Shown piece by piece: positions 51,729 to 61,811 of a stretch of DNA of 64,000 nucleotides. Made by a program: the position numbers and the translations under genes. The stretch is from an uncultured delta proteobacterium (GTDB lineage Bacteria > Desulfobacterota > Syntrophia > Syntrophales > Smithellaceae), in NCBI GenBank assembly GCA_903907985.1, contig CAIVQG010000055.1, positions 2,725 through 66,724 of the forward strand, read 5' to 3'. Each line of letters opens with the position of its first letter. Positions within the stretch are counted from its first letter, which is position 1. The notes under the pieces were generated by a model, which did not search any database, was not told where the DNA came from, and saw nothing but the letters and a program-made list of their open reading frames with translations.

Positions 51729-53039
51729 ATGGATGTAAGCACTATCAGTATCATTGGTATCGTCTTATCGCTGGTATTCATCATCGTTCTTGCTCTGAGA
51801 GGGTGGCACATCATTTTAATTGCGCCCCTGGCAGCAATCATTGTTGCCTTATTTTCCAGCATGAATGTTGTACAAACTCTTTATGGGCCTTACATGAAGG
51901 GTTTCGTCAATTATGCCGGCAAATTTTATTTGCTATTTCTGGCCGGTTCTCTCTTCGGCAAGTTTATGGAAGACAGCGGTGCCGCGCGGTCTATCGCCGA
52001 AGGGCTGCTGAAGGTAATAGGACGCAAGAGCGCCATTGCCGCTATCTGGGCTGCCGGCGTCATCGCAATTGCCTTGACTTACGGCGGTGTCAGCTTGTTC
52101 GTGGTCGTCTTCGTTATGATCCCCATTTCCCGTCCCATGTTCAAGGATTTGAATATCCCGTGGCATCTCTTCGCTATTTCTTTTGCCCTGGGTATCGGTT
52201 CTGTAACCATGACCATGATGCCCGGCTCACCCCAGGTGTTGAATATCATGCCCACAAAATATATGGCTTCCACTCCGATGGCGGCTCCGGCGCTGGGCAT
52301 AATTGCTTCAATTATTGTTCTTATTTTCACCTATCTGTATACATTGTATGCCGTAAAACAATATAAAAAGAAGGGTGAAGGTTATGTCGCTCCTGCCGGT
52401 GTCGGTTTAGTAAGCGTCGCCGATGTTTCTCTGGAAAAACTGCCCAATGTCTGGCTGAGCATAATTCCCCTGATCGTGGTTATAGTCTTGTTAAACTATT
52501 TCAAACTGGATGCCGTAATCGCACTGTCTGCCGGTGCTCTGGTTTCTTATGTATTCTTCTTCAAAAATTTCACGAACATTTTGGACACACTCAGTAAAGG
52601 TGCAGTCAACACAGTTATCCCTATTGTCAATACATGCGCTGACGTCGGTTATGGAATGGCAGTTGCAGCCACGGCCGGTTTTAAAGTTATCACCGCCTGG
52701 ATGTTAACCCTGCCCATGCATCCGATTGTTTCCTTAGCCATTGCCACGAATGTCATGGCCGCAATTACCGGTTCGGCTTCCGGCGGTTTGGGAATTATTC
52801 TGGAAACATTATCGGCGAAATATCTGGCTTTAGGTCTCAGCCCCGAACTAATTCACCGAGTTTCCACCATGTCGGCTGGATGTTTTGATGCCATGCCGCA
52901 CAACGGGGTTGTAATAACATTCCTGGCCATCGCCGGATTGACGCACATGACTGCTTATAAACACATATTTTTCGCCCATATCATTGCAACGCTATTAACA
53001 CTGATAATCGTTATTCCTCTGGGAATCATGATGTACTAA
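51729..53039 (+). CDS. GntP-family (TC 2.A.8-like) organic-acid:H+ symporter
   Basis: The 436-aa polytopic protein contains LFGKFMEDSGAARSIAEGLLKVIG and ITGSASGGLGI...GLSPELIHRV, which are collinear with GntP by eye. Confidence 0.7.
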   Translation: MDVSTISIIGIVLSLVFIIVLALRGWHIILIAPLAAIIVALFSSMNVVQTLYGPYMKGFVNYAGKFYLLFLAGSLFGKFMEDSGAARSIAEGLLKVIGRKSAIAAIWAAGVIAIALTYGGVSLFVVVFVMIPISRPMFKDLNIPWHLFAISFALGIGSVTMTMMPGSPQVLNIMPTKYMASTPMAAPALGIIASIIVLIFTYLYTLYAVKQYKKKGEGYVAPAGVGLVSVADVSLEKLPNVWLSIIPLIVVIVLLNYFKLDAVIALSAGALVSYVFFFKNFTNILDTLSKGAVNTVIPIVNTCADVGYGMAVAATAGFKVITAWMLTLPMHPIVSLAIATNVMAAITGSASGGLGIILETLSAKYLALGLSPELIHRVSTMSAGCFDAMPHNGVVITFLAIAGLTHMTAYKHIFFAHIIATLLTLIIVIPLGIMMY

Positions 53040-53049
53040 GAAGTAAAAT

Positions 53050-53084
53050 CTCTTCCTCCTGATCACCTCGATCAGCAGGAAGAG
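53050..53084 (+). other. strong intercistronic stem-loop immediately after the permease stop
   Basis: CTCTTCCTCCTGATC-acctc-GATCAGCAGGAAGAG pairs at 14 of 15 positions. No U-tract follows. Confidence 0.4.
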
Positions 53085-53127
53085 CTTCGATATTCAGATT
53101 ATTGTTAGATGAAGAAAAGGAGTCATT

Positions 53128-54036
53128 ATGAACAATCCATTTGAAAAAGTCACAATTGTCGGGGCGGGCTTTCTCGGTACCCAGATAGCACTGCTTTCAG
53201 CACATTCCGGTTACAAAGTCATTATCTATGACACTAAAGAGAGCGCTTTTGATGAAACTTATAACCGATTAACCACCGATTTTAAAAACAAAAAAATCAC
53301 TCCGGCTATCCCCTGGGAAAAATGGGATGAGTTAAAGAAGAGCATCAAATTTTCCACCGACCCTGCTGTTGCTTTAAAAGATGTAGATTTTGTTGTCGAG
53401 GCAGTATTTGAAGATCTGGAAATAAAACGCAAAGTATTTAAAATGATGGGTGAAAACGCACCCGCCAGGGCAATATTTGCTTCCAATAGTTCATCCATGC
53501 CCATTTCCCGAATGGAAGATGCGAGCGGCCGGCCGGAAAAGTGCATTAATACTCACTTTTATCTTCCCCTGCAAGGCATGTACATGACTGATCTGGCCCC
53601 CGGCAGCAAGACTCTGCCCGAAGTTATGGAGAAGGGTGATGCCTGGATTCGTTCGCTGGGCTGTGTTCCGCTGCTGGTAAACAAAGAGATATTGGGGTTC
53701 TGCTTCAATAGTGTCTGGCGCGCAATTAAAAAACAATCGCTCTATATGTGGGGCAATGGTTTTGTTGATTTCCGGGATATCGATCGCGCATGGCGCATTT
53801 TCAGCAAAATGCCCATCGGACCTTTCGGTTTTATGGATACAGTCGGCTTGGACGTCGTTTATGACATTGAAATAGTTTATTACAATGACTCGAAAGACCC
53901 GAAGGATAAACCACCGGAAGCACTGATGGAAAAGATTAAAAAAGGCGAACTGGGAGTAAAGACAGGGAAAGGATTCTACTCTTACCCCAATCCCGAGTTT
54001 CTTGGTCCTGATTTTCTGGATCCCAAAAAGAAATAA
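53128..54036 (+). CDS. 3-hydroxyacyl-CoA/3-hydroxybutyryl-CoA dehydrogenase family protein
   Basis: It has a Rossmann N-terminus (VTIVGAGFLGTQIA), the motif SNSSS, and the 3HCDH C-terminal domain (GELGVKTGKGFY). Confidence 0.8.
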   Translation: MNNPFEKVTIVGAGFLGTQIALLSAHSGYKVIIYDTKESAFDETYNRLTTDFKNKKITPAIPWEKWDELKKSIKFSTDPAVALKDVDFVVEAVFEDLEIKRKVFKMMGENAPARAIFASNSSSMPISRMEDASGRPEKCINTHFYLPLQGMYMTDLAPGSKTLPEVMEKGDAWIRSLGCVPLLVNKEILGFCFNSVWRAIKKQSLYMWGNGFVDFRDIDRAWRIFSKMPIGPFGFMDTVGLDVVYDIEIVYYNDSKDPKDKPPEALMEKIKKGELGVKTGKGFYSYPNPEFLGPDFLDPKKK

Positions 54037-54115
54037 TGAGTTTTCTTTAAATCTTGCACTTCCGGGCCAGAAAATAATATAAGGATAAAAAACGTAAGGA
54101 GGAATAAGTATTTCT

Positions 54116-55039
54116 ATGAAGAACAAAACCATAATCACATCAGCTGTCACGGGAAGCATTCACACCCCCACTATGTCGGAATATCTGCCCATCACACCGC
54201 AGCAAATTGCCGATGACGCCGTCCGTTCGTACGAAGCGGGGGCGGCGGTTGTTCACGTCCACGCCCGCAATCCGGAGAATGGCATGCCCTCTTCCGATCT
54301 GGGATTGATCAAAGAGATCATTACGAATATCAAGAGCCGCTGTCCCGCTGTCATCTGCATCACTACAGGCGGAGGGATGGGCATGACCATCACCGAACGC
54401 CTTGCTCCGGTAACACAATACAAGCCGGAACTGGCCTCCTGCAACGGTGGTTCCATAAACTGGGGTCTTTTCCCGGCATTGGACCGTTACAAGGAATGGA
54501 AGTATGATTGGGAAAAGATGATGCTGGGCATGTCGGAGGATTTTATATTCCCCAACACCTTTAAGACCCTGAGGGAATACTGCGCCCAATTCGCTGAGTC
54601 GCAGACCAAACCGGAGTTTGAGGTATATGATTCCGCTCATGTGAACAACCTGGCCTTTCTCATTCAGGCCGGCTATATCAAGACGCCTATCTACCTTCAG
54701 TTCGTTCTGGGCATTCTGGGCGGGTTGGCTGCCACAGTGGAGAATCTAATGTTCCTGGTCGAGCATGCCAAGCGCAATATCCCTGAATTTGAGTTTTCTG
54801 TCTGCGCTGCGGGAAGGGCAGAGTTCCCCATTTGTACGCAGGGCCTCTTGCTGGGCGGCAATGTCCGGGTCGGCCTGGAGGACAACCTTTATCTCGATCG
54901 TGGCACCCTCGCCAAGAGCAGCGCGGAACAAGTTTCCAAGATAGCCCGCATCGCCAAAGAACTCGGTGTGGAACCGGCTACTCCGGATGAGGCACGAAAA
55001 ATTCTTGGTTTGAAAGGTATCGACAAGGTTAATTATTAA
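54116..55039 (+). CDS. beta-keto acid cleavage enzyme (BKACE / 3-keto-5-aminohexanoate cleavage, DUF849) family
   Basis: The N-terminus is IITSAVTGSIHTPTMSEYLPITPQQIADDAVRSYEAGAAVVHVHARNPENG. It has TIM-barrel length (307 aa). Confidence 0.8.
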   Translation: MKNKTIITSAVTGSIHTPTMSEYLPITPQQIADDAVRSYEAGAAVVHVHARNPENGMPSSDLGLIKEIITNIKSRCPAVICITTGGGMGMTITERLAPVTQYKPELASCNGGSINWGLFPALDRYKEWKYDWEKMMLGMSEDFIFPNTFKTLREYCAQFAESQTKPEFEVYDSAHVNNLAFLIQAGYIKTPIYLQFVLGILGGLAATVENLMFLVEHAKRNIPEFEFSVCAAGRAEFPICTQGLLLGGNVRVGLEDNLYLDRGTLAKSSAEQVSKIARIAKELGVEPATPDEARKILGLKGIDKVNY

Positions 55040-55105
55040 TATTGCTTATGGCCCTTCGGCGGTAAAGAACGAAGGACTAATGGCAACAGAATATTTTTCC
55101 TATAA

Positions 55106-55185
55106 GGGTCACTCATTAAAGAATAGTGTGAGCATCACTTACTCATTGCCCCCTTCCTGATAATTAATGAGTGGCCCATTTTTTT
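55106..55185 (+). terminator. long-range hairpin followed by a U7 tract (terminator or attenuator) upstream of the second dehydrogenase
   Basis: GGGTCACTCATTAA (55106-55119) pairs with TTAATGAGTGGCCC (55164-55177) over 14 bp including one G-U, and is followed by ATTTTTTT. An alternative partner, CTTACTCATT (55138-55147), exists. Confidence 0.45.
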
Positions 55186-55204
55186 AAATATTAAAGGTGA
55201 TATT

Positions 55205-56173
55205 ATGAAAGCAGCAGATATCAAGAAAATTTCCGTTCTTGGCGGTAGTGGTCTTATCGGTTCAGGGTGGGTAACTTTTTTCCTGTGGAAAGGTTATGAT
55301 GTAAATGTTTATGATATTAATGATGCTTTATTGCAGACGGCGCAGGAGCGCATCAGTGGGAACTTATCCTATCTGACCGATAAAGGTATTATAACTAATG
55401 AGGCCAAATACAAAGCGTTACGGAAAGTTTTTTATGCAAAAGAGCTTAAGGATGCCCTTTGTGATGTTCAGTTTGTTCAGGAGTGTGCACCGGAAAAATA
55501 TGAACCTAAGCAAGCGCTTTTAGCCGCTCTGGACCAGTATGGATCAAAAGATGCCATCTTCGCCAGCAGCACTTCGGGACTGCTGATTACTGAAATAGCG
55601 AAGAATTCTCAGAACCCGGAACGCTGCATCGGCGCCCATCCCTATAACCCACCCCACTTAATTCCTCTGGTGGAAATCAGTAAAGGAGAACTCACCAGTG
55701 ACGCCGTACTGCAAGCGGCATTTGATTTTTTCCAGGTCACTGGCAAGGAACCGGTTATTCTGCAAAAAGAAGCCCCCGGATTCATCGCTAATCGCTTACA
55801 GATAGCTGTTTATCGCGAAGCTGTTGATCTGGTTCTGCGCGGTGTCTGCACCGTCGAAGATGTGGATAAGGCTCTCTGCTATGGTCCGGGCTTGCGTTAT
55901 GCCCTGATGGGACAGAATCTGATTTTTCAGCTCGGTGGCGGCAAATTCGGACTGAAGGGAATTATGACGCATATTGGGTCAACTGCGGAAGTGTGGATGG
56001 ATGACATGGCCGACTGGAAAAAATGGCCTACTGGATATATTGATATAATGCAGGACGGCGTTGATAAAGAAATGGCCAACCGGCGCGCGGAGGACGGAAA
56101 AACAAATGAGGATATTTGCCGCTGGCGCGATGATAAATTACTGTCTTTGTTAAAACTGATCAATAAAGTCTGA
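55205..56173 (+). CDS. 3-hydroxyacyl dehydrogenase family protein of the L-carnitine dehydrogenase / lambda-crystallin (L-gulonate 3-dehydrogenase) type
   Basis: The Rossmann N-terminus is ISVLGGSGLIGSGWVTFFLWKGYDVNVYD. Motifs AHPYNPPHLIPLVE and GFIANRLQ are present. Length is 322 aa. Confidence 0.75.
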   Translation: MKAADIKKISVLGGSGLIGSGWVTFFLWKGYDVNVYDINDALLQTAQERISGNLSYLTDKGIITNEAKYKALRKVFYAKELKDALCDVQFVQECAPEKYEPKQALLAALDQYGSKDAIFASSTSGLLITEIAKNSQNPERCIGAHPYNPPHLIPLVEISKGELTSDAVLQAAFDFFQVTGKEPVILQKEAPGFIANRLQIAVYREAVDLVLRGVCTVEDVDKALCYGPGLRYALMGQNLIFQLGGGKFGLKGIMTHIGSTAEVWMDDMADWKKWPTGYIDIMQDGVDKEMANRRAEDGKTNEDICRWRDDKLLSLLKLINKV

Positions 56174-56650
56174 TTATGAATGCCCGGCATTCTCTGCTGT
56201 TCGAATTCGATCCGGGGGCATAACGCTTGTTTGTTTATCAAGGTGTTGTGCCCCCTCGAACAATCACCAAATCATTTTCAATTCCCGGAAACAACTAACA
56301 TTTACAGCATTGCAAAGTTAAAGTAACACTAGAGATATTTGGCAAATTATTTATGCTACCGGGATTGGAATAGCAATTATTTTAATCCACTTATGATTGA
56401 TCGGATGCTTTTTCCGGGTCTTTTTTATTGTTTTCCCGTAGAAATAATGATATAAAATAACTAAGTAAAAAAACTGCAATACCAGTTCCAAACCCTTTAC
56501 ATCTTTGAGGTCCATGTAGACTTGATGAAGAAAATTCCGTTACTTAAAAGAGTGCGGGTTTTATTCGTGACTCCCGGCAAGTAATTATTCCATAATTCAC
56601 AAGACAGGCAATTTCCAGCAGAGATAGAAATCGATAGTTATAAATAGAAA

Positions 56651-59600
56651 ATGATCATGTCTGGAGAAAGCAGTATGGCCGACATTTTTCGAAATCTCCG
56701 ATTAAACATTAAAGTAGCTCTGCTCGGGATAGGCAGCGTCCTGATCACGGCAATTGCCCTTCTGTCTCTGGCCGTATGGCAGAGCGGTCAGTACAACACG
56801 CTGGCCCAAAGCGAAGTGGATGCGTTGATCGATGCCGATCTGGATCATATCACGCAAGGTGTCTACAACCTCGTCCGAACGGAGAACGAAGCAGTCCAGC
56901 AACAGGTCAATTACAACCTGAACGTCGCACGGCACATCCTTGACAACACCGGCAGTGTGAGTATGTCGGAAGAAACCATCATCTGGACGGCAACGAACCA
57001 GTTTACGAATGCACAAAAGAGAATTCAACTGCCCAGGATGCTAATTGGCGGCAATTGGCTGGGTCAGAATATCAACCCCGATGTCGATTCTGCCGTGGTT
57101 GACGAAGTAACAAGACTAGTCGGCGAAACAGCAACTATTTTCCAGCGCATGAATGAGCAAGGCGACATGATCCGTGTAGCTACCACCGTCAAGGACATGG
57201 CCGGCAGACGGGCTATCGGCACCTACATCCCTGCTTTCGACGCGAGCGGCAAACCCAATCCCGTAACGGCTGCCATCCTGAAGGGTAAAACCTATCACGG
57301 GCGCGCCTTTGTCGTTAATACGTGGTATCTTACCGCGTATGAGCCGATCAAGGACAACGCGGGCAACCTCGTGGGCATGTTGTATGTCGGCGTCAAACAG
57401 AAAGCGGTCGAAATGCGGGTGCGACAGGCGATCCTGCAAACAACCGTCGGCAAGACCGGCTATGTCTATGTTCTGGGCGGCAAGGGTGAAGACCGGGGCC
57501 ACTACATCATATCCCAAAGAGGCGAACGCGACGGCGAAGACATCTGGGAGAACAAAGACAGCGACGGCCGCTACGTTATTCAGGCTATCATCGCTAAAGC
57601 GATTACCCTGCATCCCGGAGAACTCACCACCATACGCTATCGCTGGCAGAACCCGGGCGAATCATCACCCCGTTGGAAAGTTGCCCGCCTCACCTATTAC
57701 GAACCCTGGGACTGGGTGATCGGCACCAGCGTTTACGAGGATGAACTCCTGAAGTACCGGACCGTCTTAAGTGGCGGGCGGACCAGGATGACGACCGTCA
57801 TGGGTATGGCCGGACTAACAATTACCCTGCTCATCGGTTTGGCTGGCATCTTCATAGCCTGGACGATTGCGCGTCCTGTCCGACAATTGACGGAGGCCGC
57901 GGAGACCATCTCAGCTGGCAACCTAAATCATATTGTTGATGCCCAATCCCGGGACGAGATCGGCCTGCTGGCGCAAACCTTCAATATTATGACTGAAAGG
58001 CTCAGGCAAACGATGGAGGGATTGCGCAAAAGCGAAGAGAAATACCGTACTCTTATTGAAACAACGCGCGATCTGATTTTCATCATTGACATCGAGGGCA
58101 TGTTTACCTTTGTCAATCCCCGAGTAGAGAAATTGACAGGTTTTTCTTCTTATGAACTTATGGGTAGGCCTTTTACGGACATATTGCCACACGAATTCAG
58201 AGAAGCAGAGATCGACTATTTCACTATAGGAATTAAGGGGGAAATAATACATCCCTTTGAAGTGGAGATCATGCACAAGACAGGGGGGAAAACCCCTGTG
58301 GAGTTTCTCATATCATTATTATTTGATGTCAACGGCAAACCTGTCGGCAGATTCGGCGTAGGGCGTGATATGACAGAGCGCAAATTGTCTGAGGAAGCGC
58401 TTCGACAAGCTTATCTTAATCTGCAGGAGTTTAGCTTTATTGTCAATAAGAGCCCGGCCGTGGCGTTTTTATGGCGTGCTACGGAAAACTGGCCTGTGGA
58501 GTTCGTCTCGGAAAATATTGACCAATTCGGTTACACACCGAATGATCTCACGAGTGGTATGATACCTTATGCCAGTATCGTTCATCCGGATGATAGGGGA
58601 AGAGTTGCCGCCGAGGTTGTGCGATATACTGAAGAAGGACACACGGAATTCACCCAGGAATATCGCATTCTTACGAAATCCGGTGAAGTACGCTGGACCG
58701 ATGACCGAACATGGGTTCGCAGGGATGAACTTGGCATGGTAACCCATTACCAGGGTATTATAATTGATATTACAGCACGTAAGAAGGCAGAGGATGCATT
58801 GCAAACCTCGCAACAGCAGATCAGCAGTCAGTTGCTTTTCCTGGAAGCATTACTTTCGGCAATGCCGATTCCTGTATTTTACAAGGATGCCGATTTCCGT
58901 TACCTCGGATGCAACACTGCCTACGTCGAGTATATGGGAATAGAACCAAAAGAACTCAAGGGGAAAACCGTCTATGATCTCTGGCCATATGACTTGGCGG
59001 AAGCATATGATCGCAAAGATCGGGAACTATTTCAACGGCGAGAGGCACAGACCTATGAGTCTCATGTAAAAGACAAGAACGGCGAGATAAGGGACGTTAT
59101 TTTCAGGAAGAGTGTCTTTCTTAATAATGACGGGAGTGTGGGCGGCATCGTCGGTACTCACTTCGATTTTACAGAGCGCAAACGGGCCGAGGAATCCCTT
59201 AAAATCTCCGAACAACGTCTGGCTGCTTTCATCGACTTCCTCCCCGATGCGACCCTGGCTATCGATCAAGACAAAAGGATCATCATCTGGAACCGGGCGA
59301 TTGAATTGATGACGGGCATACCTGCCTCCGAGATGATCGGCAAGGGAGACTATGCCTATACCGTCCCCTTTTACGGTGTCGCACGGCCGCAACTCATGGA
59401 CATTTTCTGGGAACCTGAGCACGAAATTTCCACGAAGTACCCCATTTTTCAAAAAGAGGGTGAAAATCTGGTTATTGAGGCGTTTTGTCCGGCCCTCTAC
59501 TCCGGCAAAGGGGCGTTCGTCTGGGCCAAGGCCTCGCCGCTGCGCGATTCCGCCGGACAGCTGATCGGTGCCATAGAGTGCATAAGGGATATCAGTGAAC

Positions 59601-61156
59601 GCAAACAGGCGGAGGAGTTGCTCAGACGGAGCGAGGCCAATTATCGCAGTGTTATTGAGAATATTCAAGACGTTTTCTACCGCACTGATGACCAGGGGAA
59701 TCTCATCATGGCCAGCCCCAGTTTTGTAACGCTGCTGCGGTATAATTCCCTCGATGACTGCCTTGGCAGATCCATAGCCGGGACATTTTATTATGAGCCG
59801 GAGAAACGTACAGAATTTCTCAGAGAACTCCAAGATAAAGAAAGTGTTACAGGCTATGAAGTTGTTCTAAAAAGAAAGGATGGCACACCGGTCACTGTGG
59901 AAACAAGCAGTCACCTTTATTTCGACGATACCGGTAACGTCGCCGGGGTTGAGGGGGTATTCCGGGACGTTAGCGAGCGCCAGCAAGCTCAAGATGCTCG
60001 CAAACAGCTTGAAGATCAACTCCTCCAAGCCCAGAAGATGGAGGCCATCGGCACCTTGGCCGGCGGTATCGCCCATGATTTCAACAACATTCTAACGGGA
60101 ATTATTGGCTATACAGAATTATACAAGGATGCCGTGCTCGACCGGCCAAAAGTATATCATAGCATGGAAGAGGTGCTCAGAGCCGCCGAGCGGGCGAGAG
60201 ACCTGGTGAAGCATATCCTGACGTTTGGCCGCAAGACCGAGCATGACAAAAAGCCCGTCCTGCTCTCCCCTATCGTTAAAGAGGTGGTCAAATTCATGCG
60301 GGCCTCCCTACCGGCTACTATAGAGATCATCGAGACTATCGATGTCACATCCGATGCCATCATGGCTGATCCCTCGCAGATACATCAGGTGTTGATGAAC
60401 CTGTGCACAAATGCCGGGTATGCCATGAAGGATAGCGGTGGCATTCTGGAGATCGGCTTAAAAAGAGTCCTTGTCGGCACAGAAGACTTTCTGCCGCTTC
60501 CTTTGATAAGCCGACACGGTCATTACCTGAAATTGACTGTCAGGGATTCGGGAGCGGGGATTCCTGAGGATGATCTCGGGAGAATCTTTGAACCCTACTT
60601 TACGACGAAGGAAAAGGGCGAGGGTACGGGCTTGGGACTGGCAGTCGTCCACGGGATTGTCAAGGACCATGGCGGAGAGATCAGTGTTTACAGCAAGGAG
60701 AGCAAGGGAACCATCTTCAGTGTGTATCTGCCAGTGATGGAAAAGCATATGGATGATGAGAAAGATACTGAAGCAGACGTCTTGCCGGGGAAAGGTGAAA
60801 CGATCCTGTTTATTGATGATGAAGAGATGATTGTCGATGTAAGCAGGGAGATGCTGGAGAGACTCGGTTATAAAGTATTTACTGAAACAGATCCCGTTAA
60901 AGCTATTGAGATGTTCAAGGAAGGTCCCGATAAATTTGATCTGGTGATTACAGACAAAACTATGCCTCATATGACTGGTTTTGATGTGGTCAGGGCAATA
61001 AAAAATATCCGTGCGGATGTTCCTGTATTAATCTGTTCAGGATATCAGGAAATCGGGGATATGGAAAAACTCACGGCTCTCGGCATCAGCCAGTTAATTA
61101 CCAAACCGATCAGGATAAGCTCATTGTCCAAGGCCATTCGTGATGCGCTGGATTAA
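56651..61156 (+). CDS. 1501-aa hybrid sensor histidine kinase (double-Cache periplasmic domain, HAMP, about 5-6 PAS, HisKA, HATPase_c, receiver)
   Basis: Two TM segments flank about 340 aa of periplasmic sequence. There are repeated PAS...TERK/SERK boundaries. The H-box is [11 protein letters not shown], the G-boxes are GTGLGLAVV, and the C-terminal REC domain contains [14 protein letters not shown]. Confidence 0.9.
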   Translation: MIMSGESSMADIFRNLRLNIKVALLGIGSVLITAIALLSLAVWQSGQYNTLAQSEVDALIDADLDHITQGVYNLVRTENEAVQQQVNYNLNVARHILDNTGSVSMSEETIIWTATNQFTNAQKRIQLPRMLIGGNWLGQNINPDVDSAVVDEVTRLVGETATIFQRMNEQGDMIRVATTVKDMAGRRAIGTYIPAFDASGKPNPVTAAILKGKTYHGRAFVVNTWYLTAYEPIKDNAGNLVGMLYVGVKQKAVEMRVRQAILQTTVGKTGYVYVLGGKGEDRGHYIISQRGERDGEDIWENKDSDGRYVIQAIIAKAITLHPGELTTIRYRWQNPGESSPRWKVARLTYYEPWDWVIGTSVYEDELLKYRTVLSGGRTRMTTVMGMAGLTITLLIGLAGIFIAWTIARPVRQLTEAAETISAGNLNHIVDAQSRDEIGLLAQTFNIMTERLRQTMEGLRKSEEKYRTLIETTRDLIFIIDIEGMFTFVNPRVEKLTGFSSYELMGRPFTDILPHEFREAEIDYFTIGIKGEIIHPFEVEIMHKTGGKTPVEFLISLLFDVNGKPVGRFGVGRDMTERKLSEEALRQAYLNLQEFSFIVNKSPAVAFLWRATENWPVEFVSENIDQFGYTPNDLTSGMIPYASIVHPDDRGRVAAEVVRYTEEGHTEFTQEYRILTKSGEVRWTDDRTWVRRDELGMVTHYQGIIIDITARKKAEDALQTSQQQISSQLLFLEALLSAMPIPVFYKDADFRYLGCNTAYVEYMGIEPKELKGKTVYDLWPYDLAEAYDRKDRELFQRREAQTYESHVKDKNGEIRDVIFRKSVFLNNDGSVGGIVGTHFDFTERKRAEESLKISEQRLAAFIDFLPDATLAIDQDKRIIIWNRAIELMTGIPASEMIGKGDYAYTVPFYGVARPQLMDIFWEPEHEISTKYPIFQKEGENLVIEAFCPALYSGKGAFVWAKASPLRDSAGQLIGAIECIRDISERKQAEELLRRSEANYRSVIENIQDVFYRTDDQGNLIMASPSFVTLLRYNSLDDCLGRSIAGTFYYEPEKRTEFLRELQDKESVTGYEVVLKRKDGTPVTVETSSHLYFDDTGNVAGVEGVFRDVSERQQAQDARKQLEDQLLQAQKMEAIGTLAGGIAHDFNNILTGIIGYTELYKDAVLDRPKVYHSMEEVLRAAERARDLVKHILTFGRKTEHDKKPVLLSPIVKEVVKFMRASLPATIEIIETIDVTSDAIMADPSQIHQVLMNLCTNAGYAMKDSGGILEIGLKRVLVGTEDFLPLPLISRHGHYLKLTVRDSGAGIPEDDLGRIFEPYFTTKEKGEGTGLGLAVVHGIVKDHGGEISVYSKESKGTIFSVYLPVMEKHMDDEKDTEADVLPGKGETILFIDDEEMIVDVSREMLERLGYKVFTETDPVKAIEMFKEGPDKFDLVITDKTMPHMTGFDVVRAIKNIRADVPVLICSGYQEIGDMEKLTALGISQLITKPIRISSLSKAIRDALD

Positions 61157-61263
61157 AAAATATTTTTTTGATTGTATGCATTTTCCGGAAAAATCCAATA
61201 GCATTTTTATATTCGCAAGAAAGCCGTCCGTTCTTCTCAGGATAACATCACCTTGACATAACA

Positions 61264-61803
61264 CTAAAGATATTCGGTAAATTCATATTTAGCTGCAATC
61301 TCCGGCCATTGCCCCTGCGCCTGCAAGAGCATATCGCAGACTTCACGCACGGCCCCGCGCCCGCCCTTATTTTGCGTTATATAATCCACCGTTTTTTTGA
61401 CTACATCCAGCGCATCGGCTACCGCAGCGGAAAAGCCGACTGCTCTTAATACCGGGATATCGATAACATCGTCACCGATAAATGCTGCTTCGGCGGCAGT
61501 TATTTTATTTTTTTTCAATATCTTCACCAGGACTTCTTTTTTGTTGAATACTTTCTGATAGACCTCTTTAATATCCAGATCGCGCGCCCGGTGCAAGACT
61601 ACTTCCGATTTACGCCCGGTAAGCAGCACCACATCAATCCCATAGCGTTGAATGAGTTTGATGCCATGACCATCGCGGACATCGAAATTTTTTATTTCCC
61701 GGCCACTGTCATCCATAATTATCCGGCCATCGGTCATTACGCCGTCAACGTCCAGAATCAGTATTTTTATTTTCTTGAGTTTTTCTTGAAGATTTCTTTT
61801 CAT
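61264..61803 (-). CDS. kdsC: 3-deoxy-D-manno-octulosonate 8-phosphate phosphatase
   Basis: Motifs LILDVDGVMTDG, VLLTGR and FIGDDVIDIP are present. Confidence 0.9.
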   Translation of the reverse strand: MKRNLQEKLKKIKILILDVDGVMTDGRIIMDDSGREIKNFDVRDGHGIKLIQRYGIDVVLLTGRKSEVVLHRARDLDIKEVYQKVFNKKEVLVKILKKNKITAAEAAFIGDDVIDIPVLRAVGFSAAVADALDVVKKTVDYITQNKGGRGAVREVCDMLLQAQGQWPEIAAKYEFTEYL

Positions 61804-61811
61804 CTGTGAAA

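Noticed and set aside
51695-52366. A 223-aa plus-strand ORF rich in Cys/His/Arg that overlaps the start of the permease gene in another frame.
   Set aside because: The alternative frame (51729..53039) encodes a coherent 436-aa polytopic GntP-like protein with an AGGAGG SD. The Cys/His/Arg-rich product is a frame artefact.
59027-59833. A 268-aa antisense ORF inside the hybrid kinase gene. Other long antisense ORFs occur at 53491..54159, 57116..57613 and 60458..60970.
   Set aside because: They lie opposite clearly recognisable PAS, kinase and dehydrogenase coding sequence, have no motifs and no start context. They are typical shadow frames of GC-richer genes.
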